Origin: Escherichia phage EK5
Direction: 5' to 3' (one strand)
Length of the DNA stretch: 64,000 nucleotides
Sequence record: PQ805429.1
Shown here: positions 1-7,373 of the stretch, piece after piece
How the letters are laid out: each line of letters begins with the position of its first letter
How positions within the stretch are numbered: the stretch's first letter is position 1
Program-made: the position numbers and the translations under genes
Notes under the pieces: generated by a model
Databases searched by the model: none
What the model was told of the DNA's origin: nothing
What the model saw: only the letters and a program-made list of their open reading frames with translations

Positions 1-97
1 TGAAGTGTTGCAGCCTCAAACCCGTATAGTTCGGTTTGCCGATGAAGCGGGTCGTGGAATCTCTTTTGACATGGAAACAAATAACTAAGGAATAAGA

Positions 98-631
98 ATG
101 AGTTTACTAGGAAGTATTGAACTGCATGATGTAATTGACAATGGCTATCTGGATGCGGAGCATAAGTATGTTAACGCTGCTAGTGTGGATATCCGTATTG
201 GTGATACTATCCTTGTTGAAGAACAGGCTGATGGCATCGTTGATATTGATGCGAAAGAGAATCTTCAGTGGAAGGAAGTAAAGATTCCTGAAGAGGGTTT
301 GGTTATCACTCCGGGTCAGTTCTTCTTGGCTCACTCTATGGAGGAGTTTAATCTTCCAGATAACATCTCAAGTCTGTTTGTTCTGCGTTCGTCTATGGCT
401 CGTTGTGGTTTGAACCACCTTCACGCCGGTTGGGCAGATGCAGGATTTAATAGTAGTAAGCTGACATTTGAATTCCATAACGTAACCAAGCACCACAGCT
501 TACGAGTTCGTGCTGGTATGCGTGTTGGTCAGATGGTTATGTTTGAGCACTCTCATGCAGGGGAACATTCCTACGCAGTGAAGGGTCGTTATAATAACTC
601 TGAAGGTGTGGTTGCATCTAAAGGTGTGTAA
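98..631 (+). CDS. dcd: dCTP deaminase (dCTP deaminase/dUTPase superfamily)
   Basis: 177 aa; motifs RSSMARCGL, DAGFN, LEFHN, RAGMRVGQ and a C-terminal YxVKGRYNN stretch resemble E. coli Dcd; RBS AAGGAA upstream. Confidence 0.75.
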   Translation: MSLLGSIELHDVIDNGYLDAEHKYVNAASVDIRIGDTILVEEQADGIVDIDAKENLQWKEVKIPEEGLVITPGQFFLAHSMEEFNLPDNISSLFVLRSSMARCGLNHLHAGWADAGFNSSKLTFEFHNVTKHHSLRVRAGMRVGQMVMFEHSHAGEHSYAVKGRYNNSEGVVASKGV

Positions 632-829
632 ATGAAAAAGTGGATTGTTCGTGTACATGATAACACGACTGGAGAGTTAGTAGCTGTAGATTTTGTTAAG
701 ACTCGAGAACACGCACGTAGGGTCAAAAATCAATACAAGTCTACTTTTAGACTTAATAAGGTTACACTAGGAAAAGCTATCGTGAATAGTGAAGGTGCTT
801 TTTGTGTCAACAGTAAGGTTTATTACTAA
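632..829 (+). CDS. small protein, tandem paralog 1 of 3 (ends KVYY)
   Basis: 65 aa; start overlaps preceding stop; shares W..(R/K)EAR..KK...G..V.S...KV(Y/H)Y pattern with next two ORFs. Confidence 0.5.
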   Translation: MKKWIVRVHDNTTGELVAVDFVKTREHARRVKNQYKSTFRLNKVTLGKAIVNSEGAFCVNSKVYY

Positions 830-1038
830 TGAGACCAATCACTATGAGAAAATTCTGGTTAGCGAAGATTAAGTGGGCATCAGGTGGTATGACTATGACT
901 GCACTCCCTACTCGTCAACAAGCTCGAGATTTTAAAAAGACTATGCTTACTGGTGACGTGGTTAATAGTATCAGCATCCATAAGGCCAAGGAGTATTCTT
1001 CTGGTCGTGTTTATATCAGCGGAAAGGTACATTACTAA
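829..1038 (+). CDS. small protein, tandem paralog 2 of 3 (ends KVHY)
   Basis: 69 aa; TAATG stop/start overlap; paralog pattern as above. Confidence 0.5.
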   Translation: MRPITMRKFWLAKIKWASGGMTMTALPTRQQARDFKKTMLTGDVVNSISIHKAKEYSSGRVYISGKVHY

Positions 1039-1247
1039 TGAAAAAGATGTGGGCTATTCATGTTGTTTGGGATCTTGAGCAACACATGAGAAAAGATAAC
1101 ATCAAATTGTTTGATACTCGCAAAGAGGCTCGTATTGCTAAGAAACAGTTGAAGACTCTGGGCACAATAGTAAAAAGCGCTGACATACATCGCTGGTATG
1201 AAGACCCTAACACTGGTTCTTTTATGTCTAAAGTAATTTACTACTGA
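1038..1247 (+). CDS. small protein, tandem paralog 3 of 3 (ends KVIYY)
   Basis: 69 aa; TAATG overlap; paralog pattern as above. Confidence 0.5.
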   Translation: MKKMWAIHVVWDLEQHMRKDNIKLFDTRKEARIAKKQLKTLGTIVKSADIHRWYEDPNTGSFMSKVIYY

Positions 1248-1319
1248 TTGGTAGTAGATATGGTAACTCTCAAATGTATATAGAGTACAATAAGAATTTG
1301 TATTTTACAGGAGAGAGTT

Positions 1320-1649
1320 ATGTTAGATTTGAGTAAAGTGGCCCCGCCCACTGAAGAGATTACAAAATCCAAGGTGATGCAACAGTTTTATCATCGTGAT
1401 ATGCTTGGTCGCTTTATCAAGAATCGTGATGTTGTTGCTTGGTCTATTGGTAATCAGGGATATCTGTTGAAGGTTCTTCAGGTTACAGGTTCAACTGCTA
1501 AGCGAGTTAAGGTGTATGACCCTGAAATGGGGCGTTCTAAGTCAGTAGACCCACAGAACTGCATCGTAATTACCCAGCAGGTAATGGATAATATTGCACG
1601 TAACGTTGCTAACTCAGTTGAACTTGATGGAGAAAACCCAAATGCATAA
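1320..1649 (+). CDS. hypothetical protein
   Basis: 109 aa ORF with RBS GGAGAG; no recognisable motif. Confidence 0.45.
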   Translation: MLDLSKVAPPTEEITKSKVMQQFYHRDMLGRFIKNRDVVAWSIGNQGYLLKVLQVTGSTAKRVKVYDPEMGRSKSVDPQNCIVITQQVMDNIARNVANSVELDGENPNA

Positions 1650-2205
1650 GAATGTCTTTGATTTACCTGAGATTGGTCGTGACAGCTATAGTATGTTAGA
1701 CCGGTCCGACCTATCAATCTCTCGCCTTGAAACGATGCAAGGTATGATTAGTGGAAACAGCCTAGAACACATCCTGAGCTGCTTACAAGCTAACATGGAA
1801 CTCTTGCATATCAAAGCTAAAAACTACCACTGGAACGTCTCTGGTGCAGGATTTCAGGGTGTTCATGGTATGTTTGATGAGCTGGAAGATTACGCACGAC
1901 AGGTAGGAGATCGTATTGCTGAACGTATGCGTTACCACTGTGTTAAAGTGGATGCTACAGCAGCTAACTACCTCTCTCATTCTTGGTTCTCAGAGGGTAA
2001 TGCTGATCTAGACATGGACGGTATGCTCTCTGATATGTGCATGACCTTGATGTGTATTATTGAGAAGATGGATGAGTTTGATGGTGATTTAGCCACCTAC
2101 CCTGTCGATCAGAGTATGCTTCAAGAAATTAATGAAGGTCTTGGCAAGTATTGCTACTTCGTCAAGAGCAACATGTCCCATTCAAGTGGTGACGTGTCTT
2201 ACTAA
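1642..2205 (+). CDS. Dps-like ferritin-fold protein
   Basis: Start moved to ATG 1642 (overlaps upstream stop); KNYHWNVSGAGFQGVHGMFDELEDY...DRIAERM matches the Dps ferroxidase-site signature HWNV.G..F..LH..FeE...D..AER. Confidence 0.6.
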   Translation: MHKNVFDLPEIGRDSYSMLDRSDLSISRLETMQGMISGNSLEHILSCLQANMELLHIKAKNYHWNVSGAGFQGVHGMFDELEDYARQVGDRIAERMRYHCVKVDATAANYLSHSWFSEGNADLDMDGMLSDMCMTLMCIIEKMDEFDGDLATYPVDQSMLQEINEGLGKYCYFVKSNMSHSSGDVSY

Positions 2206-2266
2206 AAACCTCCGCCCTGTCTCCTAACCCGAGGTGGGGCGAACTTATTTATAAGGATATAGATAT

Positions 2267-2446
2267 ATGTTATCAGCAATCGTATGGGGTATTTGGGCTA
2301 TCTTTATTGGTGGTGGTATTTATTGGGCTTCTGGTAAGCTTATTGAAGAAACTCCTGATAAGAAAGGTGAGATTCAAACAGCATCAACCATCATGGTTAT
2401 CGTAGCTGTTGTTATCCCATTCCTGCTTCACCTCCTGACTGCATAA
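2267..2446 (+). CDS. small membrane protein (two predicted TM helices)
   Basis: 59 aa ORF below track cutoff; hydrophobic segments AIVWGIWAIFIGGGIYW and IMVIVAVVIPFLLHLL. Confidence 0.4.
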   Translation: MLSAIVWGIWAIFIGGGIYWASGKLIEETPDKKGEIQTASTIMVIVAVVIPFLLHLLTA

Positions 2447-2454
2447 GGATTTAC

Positions 2455-2730
2455 ATGTCTAAAGTAATTAAGTTTTATAGTGATCAGTGTGCTCCATGTA
2501 AAGCAATGGCTCCTACCTTTGAGAAGGTTGTTAAGGAGTTTGATGTAGAAGTGGAAGAGATTAACATCCTTGAAGGTGATGGTCGTGAACAAGCTGTTAA
2601 GTATGGTATACGAAGCATCCCTGCTTTTGTTGTGCCTGACCGTAACAGTGGTGCACACTACAGCCTCTCCGGTATGCAGACTGAAGCAAACCTGAAAGCA
2701 TTTTTGGACACAGCCCTGAGAAATAAGTAA
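2455..2730 (+). CDS. thioredoxin-fold protein (CxxC active site)
   Basis: 91 aa; FYSDQCAPCKAMAP active-site context typical of thioredoxin/glutaredoxin. Confidence 0.7.
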   Translation: MSKVIKFYSDQCAPCKAMAPTFEKVVKEFDVEVEEINILEGDGREQAVKYGIRSIPAFVVPDRNSGAHYSLSGMQTEANLKAFLDTALRNK

Positions 2731-2745
2731 TAAGGATATTCACGG

Positions 2746-3402
2746 ATGAATGAACAACTACAAGCAACATTAATCGAAGCTATGGGAAGTGATCGTAGCG
2801 TAGTAAACGCAGCTCGAGTTTCCTTTGGCGTAACCCGTGAAGGTGATTTAAATGAACGTGATGAACGTCTCATCAACTTCCTCGCAAGAGAGAAGCATGT
2901 TACCCCATTCCGACACCCGCAAGTCAGTTTCCGATGCAAAGCACCTATCGCAATTGCGAGACAGTTGGGCAAGCATCAGGTTGGATTCTCGTGGAACGAA
3001 ATGTCCCGGCGGTATAAAGATGGAGCAGTTGAAGTCTTCATCCCTAAAGAGATTTTTGCGAGACCTTCGGACCTCCATGCAGGTTCAGGGGTTCAACTCA
3101 TCGATGGAGAACGAGCTGAAGCATTAATGTTGATTAACGATGCATATGAAGCTTCTCTAGCAGCATATGACAAGTTGATTGAATTTATTGCACCAGAGCA
3201 AGCTCGATTTGTTCTTCCTCAGGGGATGATCACTGAGTGGGTGTGGACTGGTTCTTTGTATGGCTGGTTTGAGTTGTGCCGTCAGCGACTCTCCTCTCAC
3301 GCTCAATATGAAGTTCGAGTGTTTGCTAAATCTCTAGATGAAGAGATGGCTAAACTCTACCCAATCTCGTGGGCAGCTCTGAAGAAAACTTTGGAGAGTT
3401 AA
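2746..3402 (+). CDS. thyX: flavin-dependent thymidylate synthase ThyX-like
   Basis: 218 aa; RHPQVSF...KHQVGFSWNEMSRRY resembles the ThyX RHR...S.RY signature. Confidence 0.6.
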   Translation: MNEQLQATLIEAMGSDRSVVNAARVSFGVTREGDLNERDERLINFLAREKHVTPFRHPQVSFRCKAPIAIARQLGKHQVGFSWNEMSRRYKDGAVEVFIPKEIFARPSDLHAGSGVQLIDGERAEALMLINDAYEASLAAYDKLIEFIAPEQARFVLPQGMITEWVWTGSLYGWFELCRQRLSSHAQYEVRVFAKSLDEEMAKLYPISWAALKKTLES

Positions 3403-3403
3403 A

Positions 3404-3652
3404 ATGGCTAGTAAAAGTATTTGGATTCTGAGTCGTGTTGAAGAGACAGACAGAGGGGAGTACACAGAAGTGCTTTGCTCTTTCATTACATACCCCACAA
3501 AACAACAGCTTGAAGATGCTGGAGTAGAAATAAATCTTTCTCAATCTCTTTTTGATAAAAAGGTTTCCAAGTCAACAGCCCCATTCTTTGGTTATTACTA
3601 CACACTTGATAGTTTGGAGCTACTGATGAATGATTCTTGTTTGGAGAATTAA
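3404..3652 (+). CDS. hypothetical protein
   Basis: 82 aa ORF, RBS GGAGAG upstream. Confidence 0.45.
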   Translation: MASKSIWILSRVEETDRGEYTEVLCSFITYPTKQQLEDAGVEINLSQSLFDKKVSKSTAPFFGYYYTLDSLELLMNDSCLEN

Positions 3653-3786
3653 TGTTGGAAGAAGATGACGATGTGTTCTGCACCAAGTGTGGGATGACAG
3701 TTGATGATGCATATGACCCAAGTGTAGAAATTTGTCCATGTTGCGGAGTATGTGAATATTGCTGTTCCCACAACTCAGAGGATTAG
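3652..3786 (+). CDS. small Cys-rich protein (putative zinc ribbon)
   Basis: 44 aa, CTKCG...CPCCGVCEYCC; start overlaps previous stop (TAATG). Confidence 0.35.
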   Translation: MLEEDDDVFCTKCGMTVDDAYDPSVEICPCCGVCEYCCSHNSED

Positions 3787-3798
3787 CAGGAATTCCTT

Positions 3799-4032
3799 AT
3801 GAAGATAAAACATATTACAGATATTCAGGAGGCATTTAGAATGCTTCCTCGAAGAGAGAAAGATAAGATTAAGAAGCTTATTCAAGTCTATGGTCATACA
3901 TCTGAAGGTGATGTAGATTATATGCCTGCCACTTTTAGAGAATGCGGAATTGCTCGTAATTTCACATTTGATCGTAAAGTGTTTCAGCAATTCGTTGACC
4001 ACTGGAGAAAAGATGGAAAAGAAAGTCTGTAG
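3799..4032 (+). CDS. hypothetical protein
   Basis: 77 aa ORF. Confidence 0.4.
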   Translation: MKIKHITDIQEAFRMLPRREKDKIKKLIQVYGHTSEGDVDYMPATFRECGIARNFTFDRKVFQQFVDHWRKDGKESL

Positions 4033-4198
4033 CTTCTGTAATAAAGAGAAGACTGTCGCCAACTTTAAACCTAATCCTGTAACTGGTCTGACCCATGTCA
4101 TGTGCCACTCTTGCAGGATATATCTTGAAACAAAACACACTATCAATAGATTGCATTATTATCACCCAACAACATTCAAATTTAAGGTTGTGAAATGA
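4013..4198 (+). CDS. small Cys-rich protein (CxxC...CxxC)
   Basis: Start moved to ATG 4013; CSFCNKEK...CHSCRIY. Confidence 0.4.
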   Translation: MEKKVCSFCNKEKTVANFKPNPVTGLTHVMCHSCRIYLETKHTINRLHYYHPTTFKFKVVK

Positions 4199-4524
4199 TT
4201 GACAGTAATACATTTAGGACTTCAAATGGAAGTGAAATAAGTCCCGCTGAAGTAATCAATCGGCATAGAAGGCAATTGATCATCCATTCCTATTTGTATT
4301 ACTGGTTGGATGACCCTATCTGGTCTGATGATAAATGGCAACAAGTTGCTAATGATCTAGTGGAGCTGCAAGCTCTGTATCCAGAGCCTACCGGAGTCTT
4401 TGACAATGAGTTCAAAGATTGGGATGGTTCTACAGGAATGCATCTCCCACACAATGAGGCTGTTGCTTGTATGGCGACAGCTGTTTACAGGATTCATAAA
4501 GATATGAACCATGAAGTGCTCTAA
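4195..4524 (+). CDS. hypothetical protein with NAD-ligase domain-Ia-like motif
   Basis: 109 aa; HSYLYYWLDDPIWSDDKWQQVANDLVELQALYPEP resembles the LigA N-terminal Ia pattern [29 protein letters not shown]..HPE. Confidence 0.4.
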   Translation: MIDSNTFRTSNGSEISPAEVINRHRRQLIIHSYLYYWLDDPIWSDDKWQQVANDLVELQALYPEPTGVFDNEFKDWDGSTGMHLPHNEAVACMATAVYRIHKDMNHEVL

Positions 4525-4696
4525 ATGTGAAGGAACAAACCTTCATTTAAGTAACAAGATTATCAGAGAGCTTGCCAAAGGCTCTCCAACCAAAGGGAAG
4601 AACAAACGATTTACTAACGTCAGGGTTTATACAGCAATCTGTAAAGACTGTTTAACTACTGAGTGTCATTACGAAGAAATTGGAGAGCGTAAATGA
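4511..4696 (+). CDS. small Cys-rich protein
   Basis: 61 aa; CSKCEG...CKDCLTTEC. Confidence 0.4.
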   Translation: MKCSKCEGTNLHLSNKIIRELAKGSPTKGKNKRFTNVRVYTAICKDCLTTECHYEEIGERK

Positions 4697-5436
4697 GTCG
4701 TCGTCAATCACGGAAAGAATCACGGAAAGACCTTCGTCGGGAAGCACTTGTTACTCGTAAGGGTAAGCGAGAGTATGAAGAGGTGGTTTTAGCAAAGCCT
4801 GTAGTCCCTCAGAACCAGTTTCAGTCTGAGCTACTCAATGCTATTAAGACTAAACAAGTTGTGTTCACAGACGCTCCTGCGGGCTGTGGTAAGACCTTTG
4901 TAATCACTTCCACGGTTATCGATGCACTGAAAAGTGGTAAGATTCAGAAGATCATTCTGAGTCGACCTTCAGTTGGCATGGGCAACTCTCTTGGGTTACT
5001 TCCTGGAGGAATGCGTGAGAAGTTTGAACCTTACCTGATGCCCATCATTGATGTTATTACTCAGCGATATGGTAAGGGGTTCTATGAATGCCAGCTCGGT
5101 AACAGTAACATTGAGTTCGTACCTCTGGAATATCTCCGTGGTCGTTCTTTCAATGATGCTATTGTTATTGTTGATGAATTCCAGAACACCACTAAAGATG
5201 AAGCCTTCTCGATCATGACTCGATTGGGAGAAACCTCTCAGCTGTTCTGCATGGGTGATACTAACCAGCATGATATGCGTGGTCGTGAGAGTGGTCTTAC
5301 TTGGGCTACTAACTTTATTGATGAACATGATCTGTATGAGTTCGCTGAGATTGTAGACGGCGAATCGGATGACATTGTTCGTTCTGGTTTCTGTAAAGCT
5401 ATTGTTAAAGCTATGGAAAAGGAACAAGATAAATGA
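4693..5436 (+). CDS. phoH: PhoH-like ATPase
   Basis: Walker A APAGCGKTF, Walker B IVIVDEFQNTT, PhoH block LEYLRGRSFNDA...MGDTNQHD. Confidence 0.85.
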   Translation: MSRRQSRKESRKDLRREALVTRKGKREYEEVVLAKPVVPQNQFQSELLNAIKTKQVVFTDAPAGCGKTFVITSTVIDALKSGKIQKIILSRPSVGMGNSLGLLPGGMREKFEPYLMPIIDVITQRYGKGFYECQLGNSNIEFVPLEYLRGRSFNDAIVIVDEFQNTTKDEAFSIMTRLGETSQLFCMGDTNQHDMRGRESGLTWATNFIDEHDLYEFAEIVDGESDDIVRSGFCKAIVKAMEKEQDK

Positions 5437-5618
5437 AAGTCGCTTTAGTTATTCGAGATTGTGGTGATGGTTCATCAACCATCGACTTCTACAAAAATAT
5501 CGAACGAGCGTGTTTTGAGTGTGAAGAGTTCAATGAAGACACCTGCATGAATGATGGAGAACCTACTATCATTGACGTTCCTGATGAATTTGTACCACCG
5601 GGAGGGTGGAGTGAGTAA
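5433..5618 (+). CDS. hypothetical protein
   Basis: 61 aa ORF, ATGA overlap with phoH stop. Confidence 0.4.
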   Translation: MKVALVIRDCGDGSSTIDFYKNIERACFECEEFNEDTCMNDGEPTIIDVPDEFVPPGGWSE

Positions 5619-5799
5619 TACTCAAGAGTCAGTAATAGAAGAGATTAAAGCTCAGATAGTTGATAAACTCTCTATCAGAGTTGACTCTAAAGACACCAAA
5701 TGCTCTGGTATACTGAAAATAGAACTCCTCTACAACGGAGAGACTATTTCTTTTGACGAGGTATATGCCTCTGATATTAAATACTTAGCAGAGTTTTAA
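5611..5799 (+). CDS. hypothetical protein (start uncertain, GTG 5611 or ATG 5551)
   Basis: ORF 5551-5799 overlaps upstream gene; in-frame GTG at 5611 follows GGAGGG. Confidence 0.3.
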   Translation: MSNTQESVIEEIKAQIVDKLSIRVDSKDTKCSGILKIELLYNGETISFDEVYASDIKYLAEF

Positions 5800-5808
5800 C
5801 ATCATTCA

Positions 5809-5817
5809 TAATGTATA
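5809..5817 (+). promoter_or_regulatory. TAATGTATA(CT) motif, candidate phage-sigma promoter element
   Basis: Exact TAATGTATACT, 37 nt upstream of ATG 5854; same 11-mer at 12526. Confidence 0.5.
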
Positions 5818-5853
5818 CTCCTTAGTGTACACTGATATATTAAGGAGTTCTAA

Positions 5854-6171
5854 ATGGCAGACCATGTAGGAAAGAGAGATTATGCACAAGAAAGACGTAC
5901 CGCAATTGCCCGTGGTGAAACAGGCGTTGGGAGCAAGAGCGGAGATGCTCAGCGCCACCGTGCACGTCGCATCGTTGAAAAGCGCGATGGAAAAGCTGCT
6001 GTCAGAGGTAAAGATGTTGGACACAAACGAGCTGTCAAGTCTGGAGGCTCTAATGCGTCAAGCAACTTACGTGTTGAATCAGTCAGCTCAAACCGTTCAA
6101 ACGGCGGCAAAAGTGGTGATCGAGCTGGAAAAGCGGCTGGAGCACGCAAAGGAGCTTTAAGCTCATCGTAA
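5854..6171 (+). CDS. small basic Gly/Lys/Arg-rich protein
   Basis: 105 aa; strong RBS TAAGGAG; codon usage (cgt/ggt/gct) matches other likely high-expression genes; flanked by promoter motif and terminator. Confidence 0.5.
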   Translation: MADHVGKRDYAQERRTAIARGETGVGSKSGDAQRHRARRIVEKRDGKAAVRGKDVGHKRAVKSGGSNASSNLRVESVSSNRSNGGKSGDRAGKAAGARKGALSSS

Positions 6172-6175
6172 TATG

Positions 6176-6205
6176 AGGCTACCCAAATGGGTGGCCTTTT
6201 CTTTT
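6176..6205 (+). terminator. rho-independent terminator
   Basis: AGGCTACCC-AAAT-GGGTGGCCT stem-loop followed by TTTTCTTTTAT. Confidence 0.7.
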
Positions 6206-6239
6206 ATATAAACCAAAATAAACTTCTTAGGTAATAAAT

Positions 6240-6494
6240 ATGTCTATTGTAAAAATCGTAAATATTTTTGATGTAACCAGAGATGGCAAGATTGTTAAGT
6301 GGACTTTCACTAACCACCACAACAAATCAAACAAGATCATCGAACGGATGATTGAGATTAACCCAAAAACAGCTCGCACTAATGTAATCCTTCGTGGTGC
6401 TGATGGTAAATTCATTTCTTATAAGAATAAGAACGTAGAAAAATCTTTCCGTGTTGCAGTAGAAAATCTCATCCCATTCCCTAAAGGAGTTTAA
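6240..6494 (+). CDS. hypothetical protein, tandem paralog 1 of 2
   Basis: 84 aa; shares KTART.V.LR...GKFISY......A.E.L.PFP.G with next ORF. Confidence 0.5.
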   Translation: MSIVKIVNIFDVTRDGKIVKWTFTNHHNKSNKIIERMIEINPKTARTNVILRGADGKFISYKNKNVEKSFRVAVENLIPFPKGV

Positions 6495-6495
6495 T

Positions 6496-6780
6496 ATGAA
6501 TAAGTTAGCTATGGTACAGATTCGAGATACATACCCTAACCGCCCGGAGCAGAAACCGCGTACTTGGTCTTATCTGTTGGCTGAAAGTAAGACTATTGAC
6601 AAATACGCTGTAGGGATTGATGCTATTCCAACTAGTATCACATTGCTCCCTCACAAAACAGCCAGAACCCATGTGATGTTACGTGATAGTAAAGGTAAGT
6701 TTATCTCTTATCGTGATTCACGAATCAATAATGAAATTAAATCTGCTATGGAATTTTTGATGCCATTCCCAAGAGGTTGA
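6496..6780 (+). CDS. hypothetical protein, tandem paralog 2 of 2
   Basis: 94 aa; same conserved C-terminal block. Confidence 0.5.
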   Translation: MNKLAMVQIRDTYPNRPEQKPRTWSYLLAESKTIDKYAVGIDAIPTSITLLPHKTARTHVMLRDSKGKFISYRDSRINNEIKSAMEFLMPFPRG

Positions 6781-6783
6781 GTG

Positions 6784-6942
6784 ATGAAAGAATACATTTA
6801 CGTAGGACAGCGCTGGTTCGGCGATGAATGGGAAGGCGGATACAGCGTTGTGAAAGCTTTTAAGTCGGAAGAAGATGCCAAGTCATGGGTCTTAAAAGAC
6901 GACGTTGGCGAGAGAACTTACATTGAAGTAGAGGTGGAGTAG
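6784..6942 (+). CDS. small hypothetical protein
   Basis: 52 aa ORF below track cutoff, tightly packed between neighbours. Confidence 0.3.
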   Translation: MKEYIYVGQRWFGDEWEGGYSVVKAFKSEEDAKSWVLKDDVGERTYIEVEVE

Positions 6943-6943
6943 G

Positions 6944-7357
6944 ATGCCATTACCAGCTAGACACCAAAACCGTTTCTTAGTTCTAAAGTGGGATGATATC
7001 GAAATGAATCTCACTGAACATGAACTAGATTTGTTCCATGAATTATTATCAGAGATTCGCTCTGGTATTCCTGAACGTCAGTATGTGGTTATCAGCGATA
7101 AGCACCCTCAAGAATTTGAAGAAGCTTGGGGTATGAAACTGGCTTACATCCAAAGAGCTATTCGAGAAAGAGAAGAAGTTGCTAATCAAAGAGTTGTGGC
7201 TCATCTAGTCAGAGAACAGCCTCGTGAAGTTAGGTCTTCTTATTCTCCATCTACTTGGGCACAAACAAATGCAGCAATGAGAACATATGCTGTTGATTCC
7301 ACATCCTTGGATGTAGTAGAAGATAACCAAGCATTTACAGATTTACTTTACCAATAA
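6944..7357 (+). CDS. hypothetical protein
   Basis: 137 aa ORF immediately upstream of the polymerase gene. Confidence 0.45.
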   Translation: MPLPARHQNRFLVLKWDDIEMNLTEHELDLFHELLSEIRSGIPERQYVVISDKHPQEFEEAWGMKLAYIQRAIREREEVANQRVVAHLVREQPREVRSSYSPSTWAQTNAAMRTYAVDSTSLDVVEDNQAFTDLLYQ

Positions 7358-7373
7358 TTTAAAGGAGTATAAA

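Noticed and set aside
5882-6160. 92-aa ORF overlapping the basic-protein gene in another frame
   Set aside because: Weaker RBS and G-ending codon bias unlike other phage genes; the 5854-6171 frame has the strong RBS and phage-like codon usage. Kept only as an alternative.
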